A stretch of DNA of 64,000 bases from assembly GCA_028534125.1 (NCBI GenBank), contig CM052816.1:100936001-101000000 (forward strand), written 5' to 3'. Source of the stretch: Lama glama (lineage: Eukaryota). Below the pieces are notes generated by a model. It did no database searches. It had not been told where the DNA came from and was given only the letters and a program-made list of their open reading frames with translations. Within the stretch, counting starts at the first letter, position 1; every line of letters starts with the position of its first letter. Shown one piece after another: positions 26,540 to 39,100 of the stretch. Position numbers and translations under genes: made by a program.

Positions 26540-27275
26540 AGGCGGCCCGCGGCGGGGGCGCTGGCGAGCCGTGGAGCAGGGGAATCTCATCACTGCAGGG
26601 GGACCCAGGCGGTGCGGCCCCTCCGGAGGACAGCCTGGTGGCTTCTTAGAAAACTAAACCTGCTCTTACCGTCTGATCCAGCGGCCACACTGCGGGACAT
26701 TTACCCAAAGGAGCCAGACACTTAGTCCACACAAAACCTGCACGTGGATGTTCACAGCCGTTTTAATGACCGTTGCCAGAACCTGGAAGCAGCCAAGAGG
26801 TCCTTCAGTAGCTGATGGCAGGTGTACATCCGGATAATGGAATTATCATCCTGCACCGAAAAGAAATGAGCCTTCAGCCATGAAGGAAACAAAGAACTTC
26901 AGACGCCCATCAGTAAGTGGGAGGAGCCAATCTGGAAAGGCTCCACACGGTGCGATTCCAGCTGCGTGACGTTCTGGGGGACAGTAAAAGGAAAGGCCAG
27001 CAGCCGCCCGGGGTCGGGGGAGGGCAGGGTGGGCGGAGCACAGGGCTTCCGGGCCGTGGGACCGCTCTGCGTGGAGCCAAGCGGCTAACACAGCGGGCGA
27101 GCCACAAGCTTTTAAAGTCCACAAGCGCTTTAGCGGAGGACAAGGTGGTGACACTGGCTCATCGAGTGTCAGTGTGTCACACCGAGCAGAGACTGGGGTG
27201 GGCGAGGGGAACGTTCTGTACTTTCTGCTCAGTTTTTCTGTAAACCTCCAACTGCTCTGAAGAATAAAGTCTAAT
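26540..27275 (+). mobile_element. L1MC-like 3' end
   Basis: aaaactaaac..ctcttaccgtctgatccagc, catttacccaaaggag, ccacacaaaacctgcac, aatggaattat, ending ctgtaaacctccaactgctctgaagaataaagtcta. Confidence 0.8.
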
Positions 27276-27439
27276 GATTGAGAAATACATATTGGACTGG
27301 ATGAGCAGCAACAGAGACCTCGCACCTGCCCACCTGCCTGCCTGCTTTCAGGGCAACTTGCTGCTCTTCCTCTGTCTCTGACTTCCCAATCTGCACGCCT
27401 CCTGTCAGCCTTTCTTCTTGCCCGTGCAGTTAGGAGCAC

Positions 27440-27700
27440 CGACGCCTGCAGTCAGAAGTGCAGGTTCCTTCTAAGCATGTTTTTAGCTTCATCTCAGACT
27501 TTGGTATGTTCTGTTTTCATCATTATTTAGCTAAACCTGTTTTTCAGTCACCCCATGATCTCTTCTTTGAACCATGAGGCACTGAGGCGAGCGTCACTCA
27601 TTTTCTGAACATTGGGTAACCCTTACACTTTCTTTCAGGCATGGGCTTCTAGCTCGATCCCGCCATCCTTAGAGAAAGTCATGTGCGTGGAATCAGATAA
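27440..27700 (-). mobile_element. Ancient L1M ORF2 fragment
   Basis: ttagcttcatctcagactttggtatgttctgttttcat...tgatctcttctttgaaccatg...ttctagctcgatcccgcca resembles antisense L1 ORF2 5' region. Confidence 0.55.
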
Positions 27701-29064
27701 TAACAAAACACGAAGTAAAGTACACGATACGGATCAGTATGCCCACGGCTTGGCTTTAGAAAAGACAGTTAGAACTGGGTTAGCGCTAACAGAACTGACC
27801 AAGAAACAGAGGGAAAGCACGTGTTACCAGCACAAGGAAGTGAAAATGGAGCTCTCAGTGCGGATCCTGCTGTCTCAGCAAAGTAAGAGGGTATCAATTC
27901 CTTTATGAAAATGAACTTCGACGTGTACGAAATGTGGACATACAAAGAGAATCTGAGATAATAAGCAACAAGCACCAGAACCTCGGCTCCTTCTCGGGCA
28001 CGAGGCTGCGACAGTTCAGGATGCTCGCTCCGCGCAGGACCCCGCAAGGTGCCTGTGGAGAGTTGAGGTTACAAAGATAAACAAATAAGTAAGAAATATT
28101 TCATTTTCAGACAGAATTAAAGGAAACATAAGCCAGGACCTGCTAAGTCCAAAAATAAAGCTGTCTCTCAACGGGCTCTTCTCCAGTCTGCAAAAGACCC
28201 TTAAACCTGGAAAGGACCTCAGGGAAATGCTGAACCAGGATGAGGACAGCTGGACAGCGGCCTCAGAGCGCGGCTCCCGGGGGTAGCGGAAGTCCCTTTA
28301 CTGACGCCTTAGACGTGGTTTAAGACACGTACGTGAAGACTTCTCAGAATCTTAAGAATGTGCCCCAAAGGCCCTTTCGACCTGACAGAACACCTGCCAA
28401 AGCCCCTCCAAGCCGGGCCCGCAGCGTCCTGACTTGTAGTCCTGTTTCAGAAAGCGTCGTGTTGTACACAGAAGACGTTTATAATCTGATACACAGGAGG
28501 TCCACAGCGCTTTAAAGAAAACTTATCAGTTAAGACCAGAAGAGGCAGAAACAGGAAAAATACAGGACTTTGACTTTGCCCAGTTTTTACATGCACGAAG
28601 CAATCTTCCGATCTAGAAGCATTTGCCGTTCCTTATGGAAAAGAAGGACATCTTAGAGGACAGAGCCAAGGGCAGGAGGGCCCCAGTCGAGTCACCAGCA
28701 CCTGCGCCTGGCGGGATATCGGAGTTGCCAGGACTGGTGGCTGCGGCAAGGCCCCCACCCTCCACGGCCCCTTTGCTGGCAGGTGTGTCTGCTTTAGCCT
28801 GTGTACTCTCACCATGTCACCCTGGGTGTGAGCAGGAAAGGGCATCTGCCGTTTCAGCTGGGAGGTTTTAAGCTCAGAAGGAACCTTTGATCCCGCCCAG
28901 GGATCCTTCCCCGTGGCCTGATTTATTGAGGAGATCCTGGCTCTGAGCTGGAACCTGACGTTATAATGAAATTAAACTCCGGGGACCTTGTGAGGGAAGA
29001 TGAGAGCATCTCACACGTAGGGGCCGTATATAAGCAACCGGCAGCCGGAGAGAAGACCGCGGCC

Positions 29065-29470
29065 GTCTCAGGATGGCGTGAATGCATTCACACTCCCCCT
29101 GTGGGGTGTGAGACCGCTGTCCCCTCTCCTTAAATCGGGATGAGGCTTGTGACGGCTTCACCTGACGGGGTATGGCAGAAAAGGTGCCAGGTTCCAGACG
29201 CGGACCTCAGAGCTAAGGGAGGAAATCTGGGTCACCCTGCCAGCAGTCCAGCTCCCCTTCTGGAGGCCCCGGGTGAGGACCTGAGACCGCGTGGGGCTGG
29301 GGAAGGACACAGCTGCCCATCAGGCACCAGTCATGTGAGTGGAGGGGCCCCGGCCAGCAGCTCACAGGCCAGGGACAAGCCACCCAGCTGAGCCCTTCCT
29401 CAGGTGCCAGCCACAAAATCTGGGGCAAAGCAAGATGGTGGCCGTAAGCCACTGTCACACCGTGTTTGAA
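29065..29470 (+). mobile_element. MaLR solo LTR (MLT1G/H-like)
   Basis: tcccctctccttaaatcgggatgaggcttgtgacggcttcacc...tggcagaa, cacccagctgagccc, agatggtggccgtaagccactg. Confidence 0.55.
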
Positions 29471-30117
29471 ATGTCATCCCTGCAGCGCACGGTCTTTGTT
29501 TCTCCAGGAACCTCTGACGTGAGCTCACACTTCTCCCCTGAAGCTCCAGAAAATGAGGGTCACTGCCAGTCTACTGGGGCGACCAAGACTTGGGTGACTG
29601 GCCGAAGGTCGGGGGGCAGCAGCCTTGCTGGGGACAGAAGGCTGAGCGGCTCAGCCCCGGCTCAGCCCCGCCTCAGCCCCGGCTTGTTGTGACTCTGGGC
29701 GCCCCAGAGCCTCCCCACGCTATCGCTCGCCCTGTCGTGGGCGCCCTTCTCCCCGCTGAGGCTGTGTCTGGGGCGGGACGCCCGGGAGCCGGCTTCAGAC
29801 TCGGCGCCGGCACATCTTCTACGAACAGTCACTCCTGAGCCTCGTCGGGTCAGGACGCGCTACTGGAAATGATGAAACACGCAGATGCGCCTGTCAGATC
29901 TTTATGCCCTTAAACTGCGGACACTTAATGTCTCCTGAAGTTTTTATTTACTCGCCCCACCGTTTCCTGCAGTTTGACCGTCCAGTGATTAACCAAGACT
30001 GAAACGTCCGTTTCCCATGAATTTTGAAAGCTCCTCTACATTTCAGCAAAGTCTTACAGCAAAGGGGTCACAGGAAGTATTATTTCAAAAACTGAGAAAA
30101 TAGATACGTGAACTTTC

Positions 30118-30527
30118 TTTTTTTCTTTTTAATTGAAGTGCAGTTGATTTCCAGTCCACAGCAAAGCAATTCACTCACACACATGCACACTTTTTCATAC
30201 TCCTTTCCATCGTGGTTTGTCACAGGACATCAAGCGCAGGTCCTGCTGCTGCACAGCAGCCCTTGTTGCTGACCTGTTTACACACAGTGTGTGTGTGTCT
30301 GTTAGTCCCAAGCTCCTAATTCACCCCTCCTCCCTCTTCCCTGTGGTAGCCATAGTTTGTTCTCTGTCTGTGACTCTGTTTCATTTGTATCATGTTTTCG
30401 ATCCCACATATAAGTGATCTCATGTGATGTTTGTCTTTTTCAGCTGACTTCTTTACTTAAGATGACAATCGTGAGGTCCACCCACGTGGCTGCAAATGGC
30501 ATCATTTCATTCTTTTCTTGGCTGAGT
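30118..30527 (-). mobile_element. 5'-truncated L1 3' end, same family as 8018-8290, with TSD
   Basis: T-tract then aattgaagtgcagttgattt...ccacatataagtgat...gctgcaaatggcatcatttcattc; cgtgaactttc (30107-30117) and cgtgacctttc (30528-30538) flank it. Confidence 0.8.
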
Positions 30528-33500
30528 CGTGACCTTTCCCATCTGAGCTCGGTGTCTCGTGTGATGACCACCCCACGTGCCACCCCTCACCCCCAGTGTC
30601 CTCGGGAACCAACCGGAAGAGCAGAAAAACACCTGTGGGTTTGCTTCTCCATGTCACACCTGCCGCCCCAGACCAGCAGTGTCCCACAGAATGGATCCGT
30701 GCCTGCCCTGCTCGGCGTCATCGCTAAGACACACAGTCCTCGCAGCACTGTCCACGTCACTGCTAAGCGCAGAGGAGAGGCGCTGAAACCCAAAACTGTG
30801 TTCAGGCTTTTCGCGCTAACGGAGAACTACGTGTAAATCCTGCCCCTTTCCAGAGGCCGGTCGCTCTAGTCACTAAATGGTCGTTGCCTCAATCAGAAGT
30901 GCACCCCATGCAGAAGGCAGGTTTATTCATGGAGCAGCACAAACATTCCGGAACAAAGCAAAAAACTTCCAGCGCGGCTGATACTGTGAAGCGTGGAACC
31001 CATGACGATGAAATTGTCTAGAAAACAGCAGCGCAGATTTTCCATCTCTTTGGCTTTCAGCTGCAAGATTTGAAAAGTTAAAGCCACCTTCAGCTCCAGC
31101 TCACCTGAGCCGCTGGAGTCCTAGACTTCCAGCTGATTACAGCTTTGTTCTTAGGAAACAGCAATTCTGAGAAGCTGAAAGATATATTTTCTGTGCGGTT
31201 CATGTATTCATTTCATTGTACAACACAGCCCAGGAGATTTGAGGCATTTAAAAGAAATTTTCCTGTTTTCTCTCCCCTGCAATTGATTTCCCGCAAGACA
31301 GAGACTCTGCCATTTCGGCTGCCGACACCCGGCTGTGGGTGGGGTCCCTGCCCAGCCCCCACCCGGGCTGCTCAGCGCCCCGCCCAGGCTCCGTGGCCAA
31401 GCGGCCAGCCCATCGGGTAGTGGCCACAGCCCTTCCGTCCGGGAAGGCCGGTCTGAAGCTGGGATGGGAACCACGCCGTGTGAGCATCGCCCTTCCTCCC
31501 AGCCCTGGGAGCCCAGCTCCTCCCTCCTCCTGTCCCCACGCCTACTCCCTCCTCTCTCCTCCTCCAAGGCCTCTGGAAGGGTCAAGGCAGACGCTGGACT
31601 CCTGGCCAACACGCTGGGAGTCCCAGTTTTCTGTGGAGACCACAGTTCCCACGCCCACGGTGGAATCCCCCAGGCTGGGGGTGGGGGGTTACTTCGGGCA
31701 GTCTAGGCCGACCCTGAACCTCCAGTGTCTGTGCTCAGCACCGCGGGACGGTCGTGGGACAGGCTGACCAGACAACCCCTTCACCATCCCAGTGGGGGGA
31801 TGGAGGCCGGGCAGGAGGGAACCAAACAGTCACACACAGGCCAGAAACAGCCACCGCCACGCACAGGGCACGAGGTGCATAAGCAGGGACAGGCGAGGGA
31901 CGGGGAGCCCGAGGGCGTGGCTGGAGGGGTGTGCCAGGTCTGATCAGAAGGGGCCACGGCCTGTGAGGGCCAGGGACAGCCTGAGGCAGGCGCCAGCCCA
32001 ACGCACAGCAGACAGACGAAGGCCACGCGGGCACAGGAGGTGAGGTTAACCTGAGGTCCTAACGAGACATGACGCGACTTGAGTTACATTTTCCGGGGTC
32101 ACTGACACGACGTGCGTTTTGCTTCCGGGGGTCACTGTGACCGCAGTCGGCCAGGAGGCAGACGAGATCGGACGTGCCGAGGCTGGGACTCGAGGCAAGA
32201 GGTGACCGGGCCCTGGAAGCACCAGTGGGGGCGGGGCCGGAGAGCCAGTGGGTCCCTTTCGGAGCCCAGCTGGCAGACTTGCTGTCGATCGGGGGCGAGG
32301 GGGGTGGGTGTCGATGGGAGCCCCCAGGGTTGCTTTCCCGAGACTAGGAGACTGGGTGGGAGGTGGACGAGGCACCACCCCCAGCGCGGTCCTCCCCGCA
32401 CTCTGGCCCAGTCGCTGGGCTGCGGTCACCACAGGCTCCTCTGCACGCGTCATGGGCCCACAGGCCACCCGTCACCGCCCTGACCCAGCTCACTGCTCAC
32501 CCCGCGAAGCTGCCAGGAGTCCAGCAGCCTCTCCTGGCAGGAGATGAAGAGATGCTGCTCTTCAGCCCTCCTCCGGAAAAGCCCTGGGGCCCCTCCCCAC
32601 TGCGCCGCCCCCGGCCTGCAGCTCCAGTTAGATGCTCTGCTCTCCTCTGTCCTCCTCTTCCAGGTCTCAGGACCGAGGTTCCAGACACGACAGGCAAGGA
32701 GGAGCCCCTTGGCGAGTGGCATTCCTTGGACAGAGCAGCCCCCCGACGCTCGTCCAACCCGGAACCCAGCAGGAACCCTGGGACAAGCTGCCCCTGAAGC
32801 CACGTCTGTTTCCAAAGGAGGGCAACACTCGGGGCTCCCTGGAAGGAGCAGGGCTGACACCTAGCAGGTCCCGCTGCCCAATGGCATGGTCCACTCCCTT
32901 CTGGCACCAGGGTGAGCCCAGCTGAGGGCTCAGTGGACGCTGTTCATGCAGTCGCGGAACCTGCGGCTCCCAGCCAGGCCTGGGGGGCACAGGAATCTGC
33001 ACGGGAGGCTCCCTGTGAGGCCCCTGACACCAGGTCCGAAGGCACGGCCACGCGGGCAGCCCACGTGGCGCAGGGCGCCCCGGTCCTGCCGTGGAGGACA
33101 TCGCACGCTGTGCATGGTCACAACAGGGAGAAGCCGTCCCGGGGGGCAGCGTTTGGGACGGATTATTTCAGACACATTTCTCTCCTTCCTGCTCGAAGCT
33201 CTGGCATTCCTGACCGCGGGAGCCAGCAAATCCCGTTCGGGGACACTGCTTGTTGAATGGGTTAAACCAGGACCTCGATCCTGGGGTACTCTCCCAGCTT
33301 GAGCCCTGACGCCACAAAGCTCAGTCTTCAGTTGTTTACCAGCCTCCACAGAAGAGCGGAACCGCGATGCCCCGCGGGAGTAAGGCCTCTGTCTGGGCTC
33401 AGGGTGCCGGTCCTGAGATCTGCGGCCGCGGCAGCTGCAGGGCTGGCGGCCTCCCGGGGAACGACATCACGTCACGTTCGCGCTTTCAAAGGTTAACGGT

Positions 33501-34442
33501 GGCATCACGCTGAATGCACGAGATAATGACAAAAAAGAAAGATACACTTTATATTTAAACAAAATCATTATTTTGCTGATTATTTTGTCTTTCTTAATCT
33601 CACATTTCAAAACCGCTTATTAGTCGTAAGTCAAAATGTAAGGCGCTCGCTTTGTTTTCCGTGCAAATAAAGCAGCCAACCCTCCGCAGGTGCGCCCTGG
33701 AAACCTCCTGCGCCTTCCCCGTCTCCTTCAGGGGCGCTGCGGTTCTGCCGGTGAGGAAACCACACGCCTGGACAAAGACTTGGCCTTCCCTGCACAAGCG
33801 CCCCTCTGGGGGAGGCACGCGGCTCAGCGGGAGGAGCACACAGACTCCAGGAAGTGAGTCCCCGGCTGTGTTGACCGCAGTGAAGTCCGAGGGAAAGCGG
33901 TGCTGCTGTGAAACTCCGCGACACGCTCCGCAGCCCCAGGAGGAGGTCCGGACCCTCCGGCCGGGCGGCCCGGCTCACACCGCCGCTGTCGCAGCAAGCG
34001 GGTTAGGCCCGGTCCTGCACGCCTGACACGCGGTCATTCCTTTTTTGTGAAAAAGCTTGAAAGGAGGCAGCTTGCTTTTTCCCAAACCTGTAAGTTACAC
34101 CATAAAGGCCCCAAACACGCAGGGCCTCTCCGAGCCTGCTCTGCGCGGAGCGTGCCTGGTTCCTCGAACGTCCAGCGGTCCCCAGCCGCCAGCGGTGCGC
34201 CGAGTCCTGGGGGCAAAGGGGTCGCGCCGCCCGAGGCCGACTCAGCCTGAGACCCAGGCCCGGGGGCAGGCCTGTGGGCGCCTCTCCCCTGCTTCTCGAG
34301 CAGCCTGGGAGTGAAACTCCAGGCACCCCGCATCAGCGCCTTTACCCTGAACATTCCAGGCCCCGGTCCGTGTGCAGGTGGGTCCCTCTGCTCCGCTGCG
34401 GGCCTGAGGCCCTGCCTCGCCCGCGCCCACAGCGCCGGCTCC

Positions 34443-34942
34443 NNNNNNNNNNNNNNNNNNNNNNNNNNNNNNNNNNNNNNNNNNNNNNNNNNNNNNNNNN
34501 NNNNNNNNNNNNNNNNNNNNNNNNNNNNNNNNNNNNNNNNNNNNNNNNNNNNNNNNNNNNNNNNNNNNNNNNNNNNNNNNNNNNNNNNNNNNNNNNNNNN
34601 NNNNNNNNNNNNNNNNNNNNNNNNNNNNNNNNNNNNNNNNNNNNNNNNNNNNNNNNNNNNNNNNNNNNNNNNNNNNNNNNNNNNNNNNNNNNNNNNNNNN
34701 NNNNNNNNNNNNNNNNNNNNNNNNNNNNNNNNNNNNNNNNNNNNNNNNNNNNNNNNNNNNNNNNNNNNNNNNNNNNNNNNNNNNNNNNNNNNNNNNNNNN
34801 NNNNNNNNNNNNNNNNNNNNNNNNNNNNNNNNNNNNNNNNNNNNNNNNNNNNNNNNNNNNNNNNNNNNNNNNNNNNNNNNNNNNNNNNNNNNNNNNNNNN
34901 NNNNNNNNNNNNNNNNNNNNNNNNNNNNNNNNNNNNNNNNNN
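34443..34942. other. Scaffolding gap, 500 N (fixed-size, typical of Hi-C joins)
   Basis: Exactly 500 N. Confidence 0.9.
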
Positions 34943-35754
34943 GGCTCCCTGCGGGAGTCCAGGCAGAGCAAGCTGGCCTCTGCCTCTTTTCCACTAACAG
35001 AAATGCTGGCACCTTTTCCACGTCTGGCTCACTCCCAAATGCCTTCCTCGTCCTCAGGTGCTGCTCAGTCTTAGGCCACGGTCAAGGTTCCTGGGGGCTG
35101 ACCGTCTTACACAAACCGCTCTCTGTCGACTTCACCCACCCTGCTCTCCCCACCAACCTGCAGAGCTGGTTACCAGAAGGCAATCAACTAAACCCAGAAG
35201 CAAAGTGGACTCTTAGAACCAAACGTAAGTTTTACCGTTTAGTTGTCATTGAAATTAGTTTAACCGATTCCTGACTGACTGGATTTTGTGGTCGCCCAAA
35301 GGCCACCAGAAGCTCCTCTCCGCGTGAGGTCAGGAGGTTTAGTTGGTCAAGGGGATGCGACGGCCCACTGGTGGAGCACTGAGAAAGAAATCGTGTGAAC
35401 GTGGTCACAGGAGAGAGACGTCAGGGGTCTCCTGGCTGCGCGCATCAGGGAGCCTGGCCTCAGCCTAGCTCACTCGCAGTAGGCCTGCCGCCCTCGTTGC
35501 GAGGCTCGTGGGCGGGAGGGCCAGGCAGCCCAAGACCCACTCACCTGCCTGCCTGCGCCCCCTCCCCACCCCTGCATTGGCTTCGTCCTTGGGCCAGCAG
35601 TAATATCGGCTTGTTCCAGAGGTCACTTCCACATACACCTTGACCAGCAAAAAAGAGGCCCTCTCTTTCTTTCATCACAAAGGAATCTTACCCTGAACCC
35701 TGAGCTGACCCCCCTTGCCTCTCAGGGGCCAGCCCTGTGTCTCAGGCTCATGCT

Positions 35755-36140
35755 GGTGGCTGGCAGCTTCTGAAGAGGCTCCCGATGGCCCTGCCTCTGG
35801 TTTCGTGCATGCCCCTTGAGTGTGGGCTGGGGTTACCTGACACACTCCTGTGACTCCCATTCTGCCCACACTCTCCCTCCTCTCACGTGCTCAGATTGAG
35901 AGCCACCCGACCAGGCCCACCAGGTGAGGGTGGGGATGCCAGGCACAGAGACCCCCCATCCAGAATTGCTCAAGGGGATGCATCCTGGCAGAAAATGTGG
36001 GTCCCTCCCCAGTCGAGCCTTCAGATGAGACCCTGAGGCCCCTCTGCGCTGCATCCAGGCCCGCAGCCCGCAGACACCCTGAGACAGTGAAAGATGCAAC
36101 ATCTTGGGGCGATTTGTCAGGGCGATAAATAGCTAGTGCA
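35755..36140 (+). mobile_element. MaLR solo LTR (MLT1E/F-like)
   Basis: ccccttgagtgtgggctgg, cccagtcgagccttcagatgaga, end ttggggcgatttgtcagggcgataaatagctagtgca. Confidence 0.6.
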
Positions 36141-39100
36141 ACGCTGGGTCACTCACAGGGCGGGGGTAAGACCCAGTCAGGATGGGTCCTTGGAGCTGAG
36201 GTCCGGTCACCCTTTCCAGGGGCCTGTGGGGGAAGGCGGGGCTGCCCCAGCTGGGGGTTCCCACGAGGGAAGAGGCCAGGCAGCTGGGGTGGCTGCTGGA
36301 GGCGTACTGCCTGGGGGAGAGTGGCCGTGAATGCCCCAATCCGCTCCTGCATTCAGACCTTTTTTCTGAGCACCTACTTCTCTTCCGGAAGGAAGCTGCA
36401 TCTTAAGTGAGTGTGAACAGCGCCCTGTGGGATTGTGTGAGTCTGGCCCCAGGGGGCGGGCGGTGGCTGGGGCCCCGGGCTGAGCTCGGCTCTGGTGCGC
36501 TGCTGCTGAGGGTGTGCCGTCACGAGGGTCTTTTCAGCCGTGTGCTCGCATTCCTGTTATTGGCTGGGCCTCCTGAAGTCTCAGAAATGCGGTGGTGGAT
36601 TAAACCGTGGAAAGTGGGCGAGAGTCTGACTCCTTCTCCGCCAGCTTGCTGGCAGGCACTACTGCAGAATGCTTTTCCGATGAGGCGTTTATGGAAAACA
36701 TCTCTGAGCGCTGTAAAAACAACTGTGTTTGTAAGAGAAAGCTATTGTGCCAGGAAGCTTTGTCAGAAACTCAGGCTAGAGGAACGCAAAGAACCAGCAA
36801 AGGAGGGAAGGGCAGGCCGCCAGAGGGCCCTTCAGCCTCGCGTCCAGGTCGCCAGGCCGGACCAGGCCACGCCGCCCCCCGCTCTATTGCACACTCATGT
36901 GTCAGACGTGCCAACCAGCCACACCAACCAGCCTTCCTCCTCAATCAAACGGCGATTTCTGGTGAAACAACAAATGAGTGACAGACATCGGGGTGTGTCC
37001 TGCTACACGAGTGGGGTCTCCAGCATCCAGAAAAGCTGAGCCAAGGAGATGTGCCTGCCCTCCCTCTCCCCAGGGCTGCGGTCTGACAGCCGCCTGGCCT
37101 GCGACGTTCAGGCCCGCAACGGTTTGCTGCTGGCAGTGTGCGGGTCAGTCACCGCCGCCCCTGGAGCATGGCCCCTGGAGGACAGAGACGGGACAACTGT
37201 CGGGTCCGGGAGGAAGGGCTTGGTGGCGGCAGCAACTCTGACTGGCCCTGATCCCTCGGGGTATGTCCCAGGGACATGGCATCCCCTCCTGGCAGGTTTC
37301 CAGTTTGGGGATTTTGTGTTCTAGCAGAAAAAGTGTTTAACCTCCGTGTTTCTAAGGTCCCTCCACTTCGCACCTCTTGAAGAGGCATGGGAGCCCGGGG
37401 CCCCCTCCATGGTCGGCTTCAGCCTCCCACCCCCGCAAACCGCCTGACTGACCCGCCGACGTGGACTCCAGCACTCTTCACAAGGCTCGTGGGTGACAGC
37501 CACGAGTTGTGTCACTTTAATGAAAATCGCGTCACTGTTGCAAAGGGGTCGGGGGGACAAAGATCAACTAGCATCTCTCAGACAGAGGCAGCAAAACTCA
37601 TTCTGAGATAGAAAAACACGTTTCCTCGGCAGCTGCCATGAAATGTTATCCCGTCTTCTAAAGCAGTGTTTCCTTTGGTGGCTCAGAACATTATTCCAAG
37701 GGTAAACAGGTGGAAACCGAAATGTGGGTGGAAAACTAGAGTGCCCGCTTTATCATGGTGACAGCTAGAACCGCAGGTGGGGCCCCGAGTGGGCCCCACA
37801 CCCCCAGCGAGACCGACAGGCTAGCCCAGCTTCTGGCCGCGCCCCGTGCACCAGCCTGCGGCCCCAGCCTCCACCGTTCCCACGTGGGGACGCCATGCCC
37901 AGGCTGTGACCCACAAAGAGCACTTGTCTAGAAAGTAGCCAGGGTCGTGGCAGAAGTCGCTCCTCCCAGGACTGGGACAGGAAATACGCGTGGGGACCCC
38001 ATCGTGGGGTCGCAAAGCAGGGAGCCATCCAGACCACAGTACCAAGAAGAGGCTCCAGCCACCAAAACGGGCAGCTTGAGCCCCAGTGGATCAAACACAG
38101 GAGCTCAGTTCAAGTCCAGCCGGTGCTGCAGCTCCAACAACCCCTCCCTTCTCCCCTTTGGAGGGCCCGGAGACATCAGCTCGCAGCCCATCCCCCCTCC
38201 GTGCTGTAAGCCAGGGCTGCTCAGGGCAGGGTCCCCGCTGACGGGCAGGGGGAGGCTGCCGAAGTTCAGACAGCGCCGTGTCCAGGCCCTTGCCGCCACC
38301 AGCAGTGCTGACCGTCGTCACAGGAGGAAAGGCGCCCCCCGAGGGGCACTGCTCCTGGGAACGCACGCCGCCCGAGGGGCAGTCCTGCCCCGCTGAACCT
38401 AAACCCGACCGGTTCCCAGCTCTAACTGCCGACGGACGGAGGGCTGTAACTAATCCCACGAGGAACGCGGGAACCTCCCCAGGACAAAACCTCACTTCTT
38501 CTTCAGCAGCAGCGCGGCAGCAGAAAGGCAAAAGTCAGATGGGAGCTGAGCACCTGGAGAAATGGGTGAGAGGTCAGCTGTGCTCCGTGTCTGACCTTCC
38601 TCAGATCCCGAGGCCGGAACAACCTGGACGAAACAGGGAAGTGGGACACGGGTGGCATATCTGAGGCTCTCAGAGATTTGGTGACTCCCAGGTGTGGTGT
38701 TTGTCCCGGAGACGTTTTCACGTCCCCGTCTTTCAGGGACACTTACTGAGACACTTACAGATGTGGCACCTGTGTGTGCTTCAGAGCAAACAGCCGGGGA
38801 CAGCGGTCGGACTGGCCTCGGGCCATGGAAGAGGTCGAGGACGGTGGTCCCACAGCCCGTGGGTTCTGTCCTTGCTGAAGCAGCTGCTCCTCTCCATTCC
38901 AGGATTCTTTTTATCTTTGTGAATGTTTGGAAGTTTCCACGAGAAACGGTTTTAAAATGTGGAGTTGGGAGCAGGGAAAGCTAGCATCTTCATGGTCCAC
39001 ACTTCTATTTCTAGACTGTCCCCAAGGCTGGGATAAGAGGAGAGCCCTGCACACCATCGTCCGCAAGTTTCCCCTGCCCGTGGCACAGCCACGTGCAGCC

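Noticed and set aside
34242-35074. Long ORFs spanning the 500-N gap (likewise at the 7.8, 49.0 and 51.6 kb N runs)
   Set aside because: Artefacts of translating N as X
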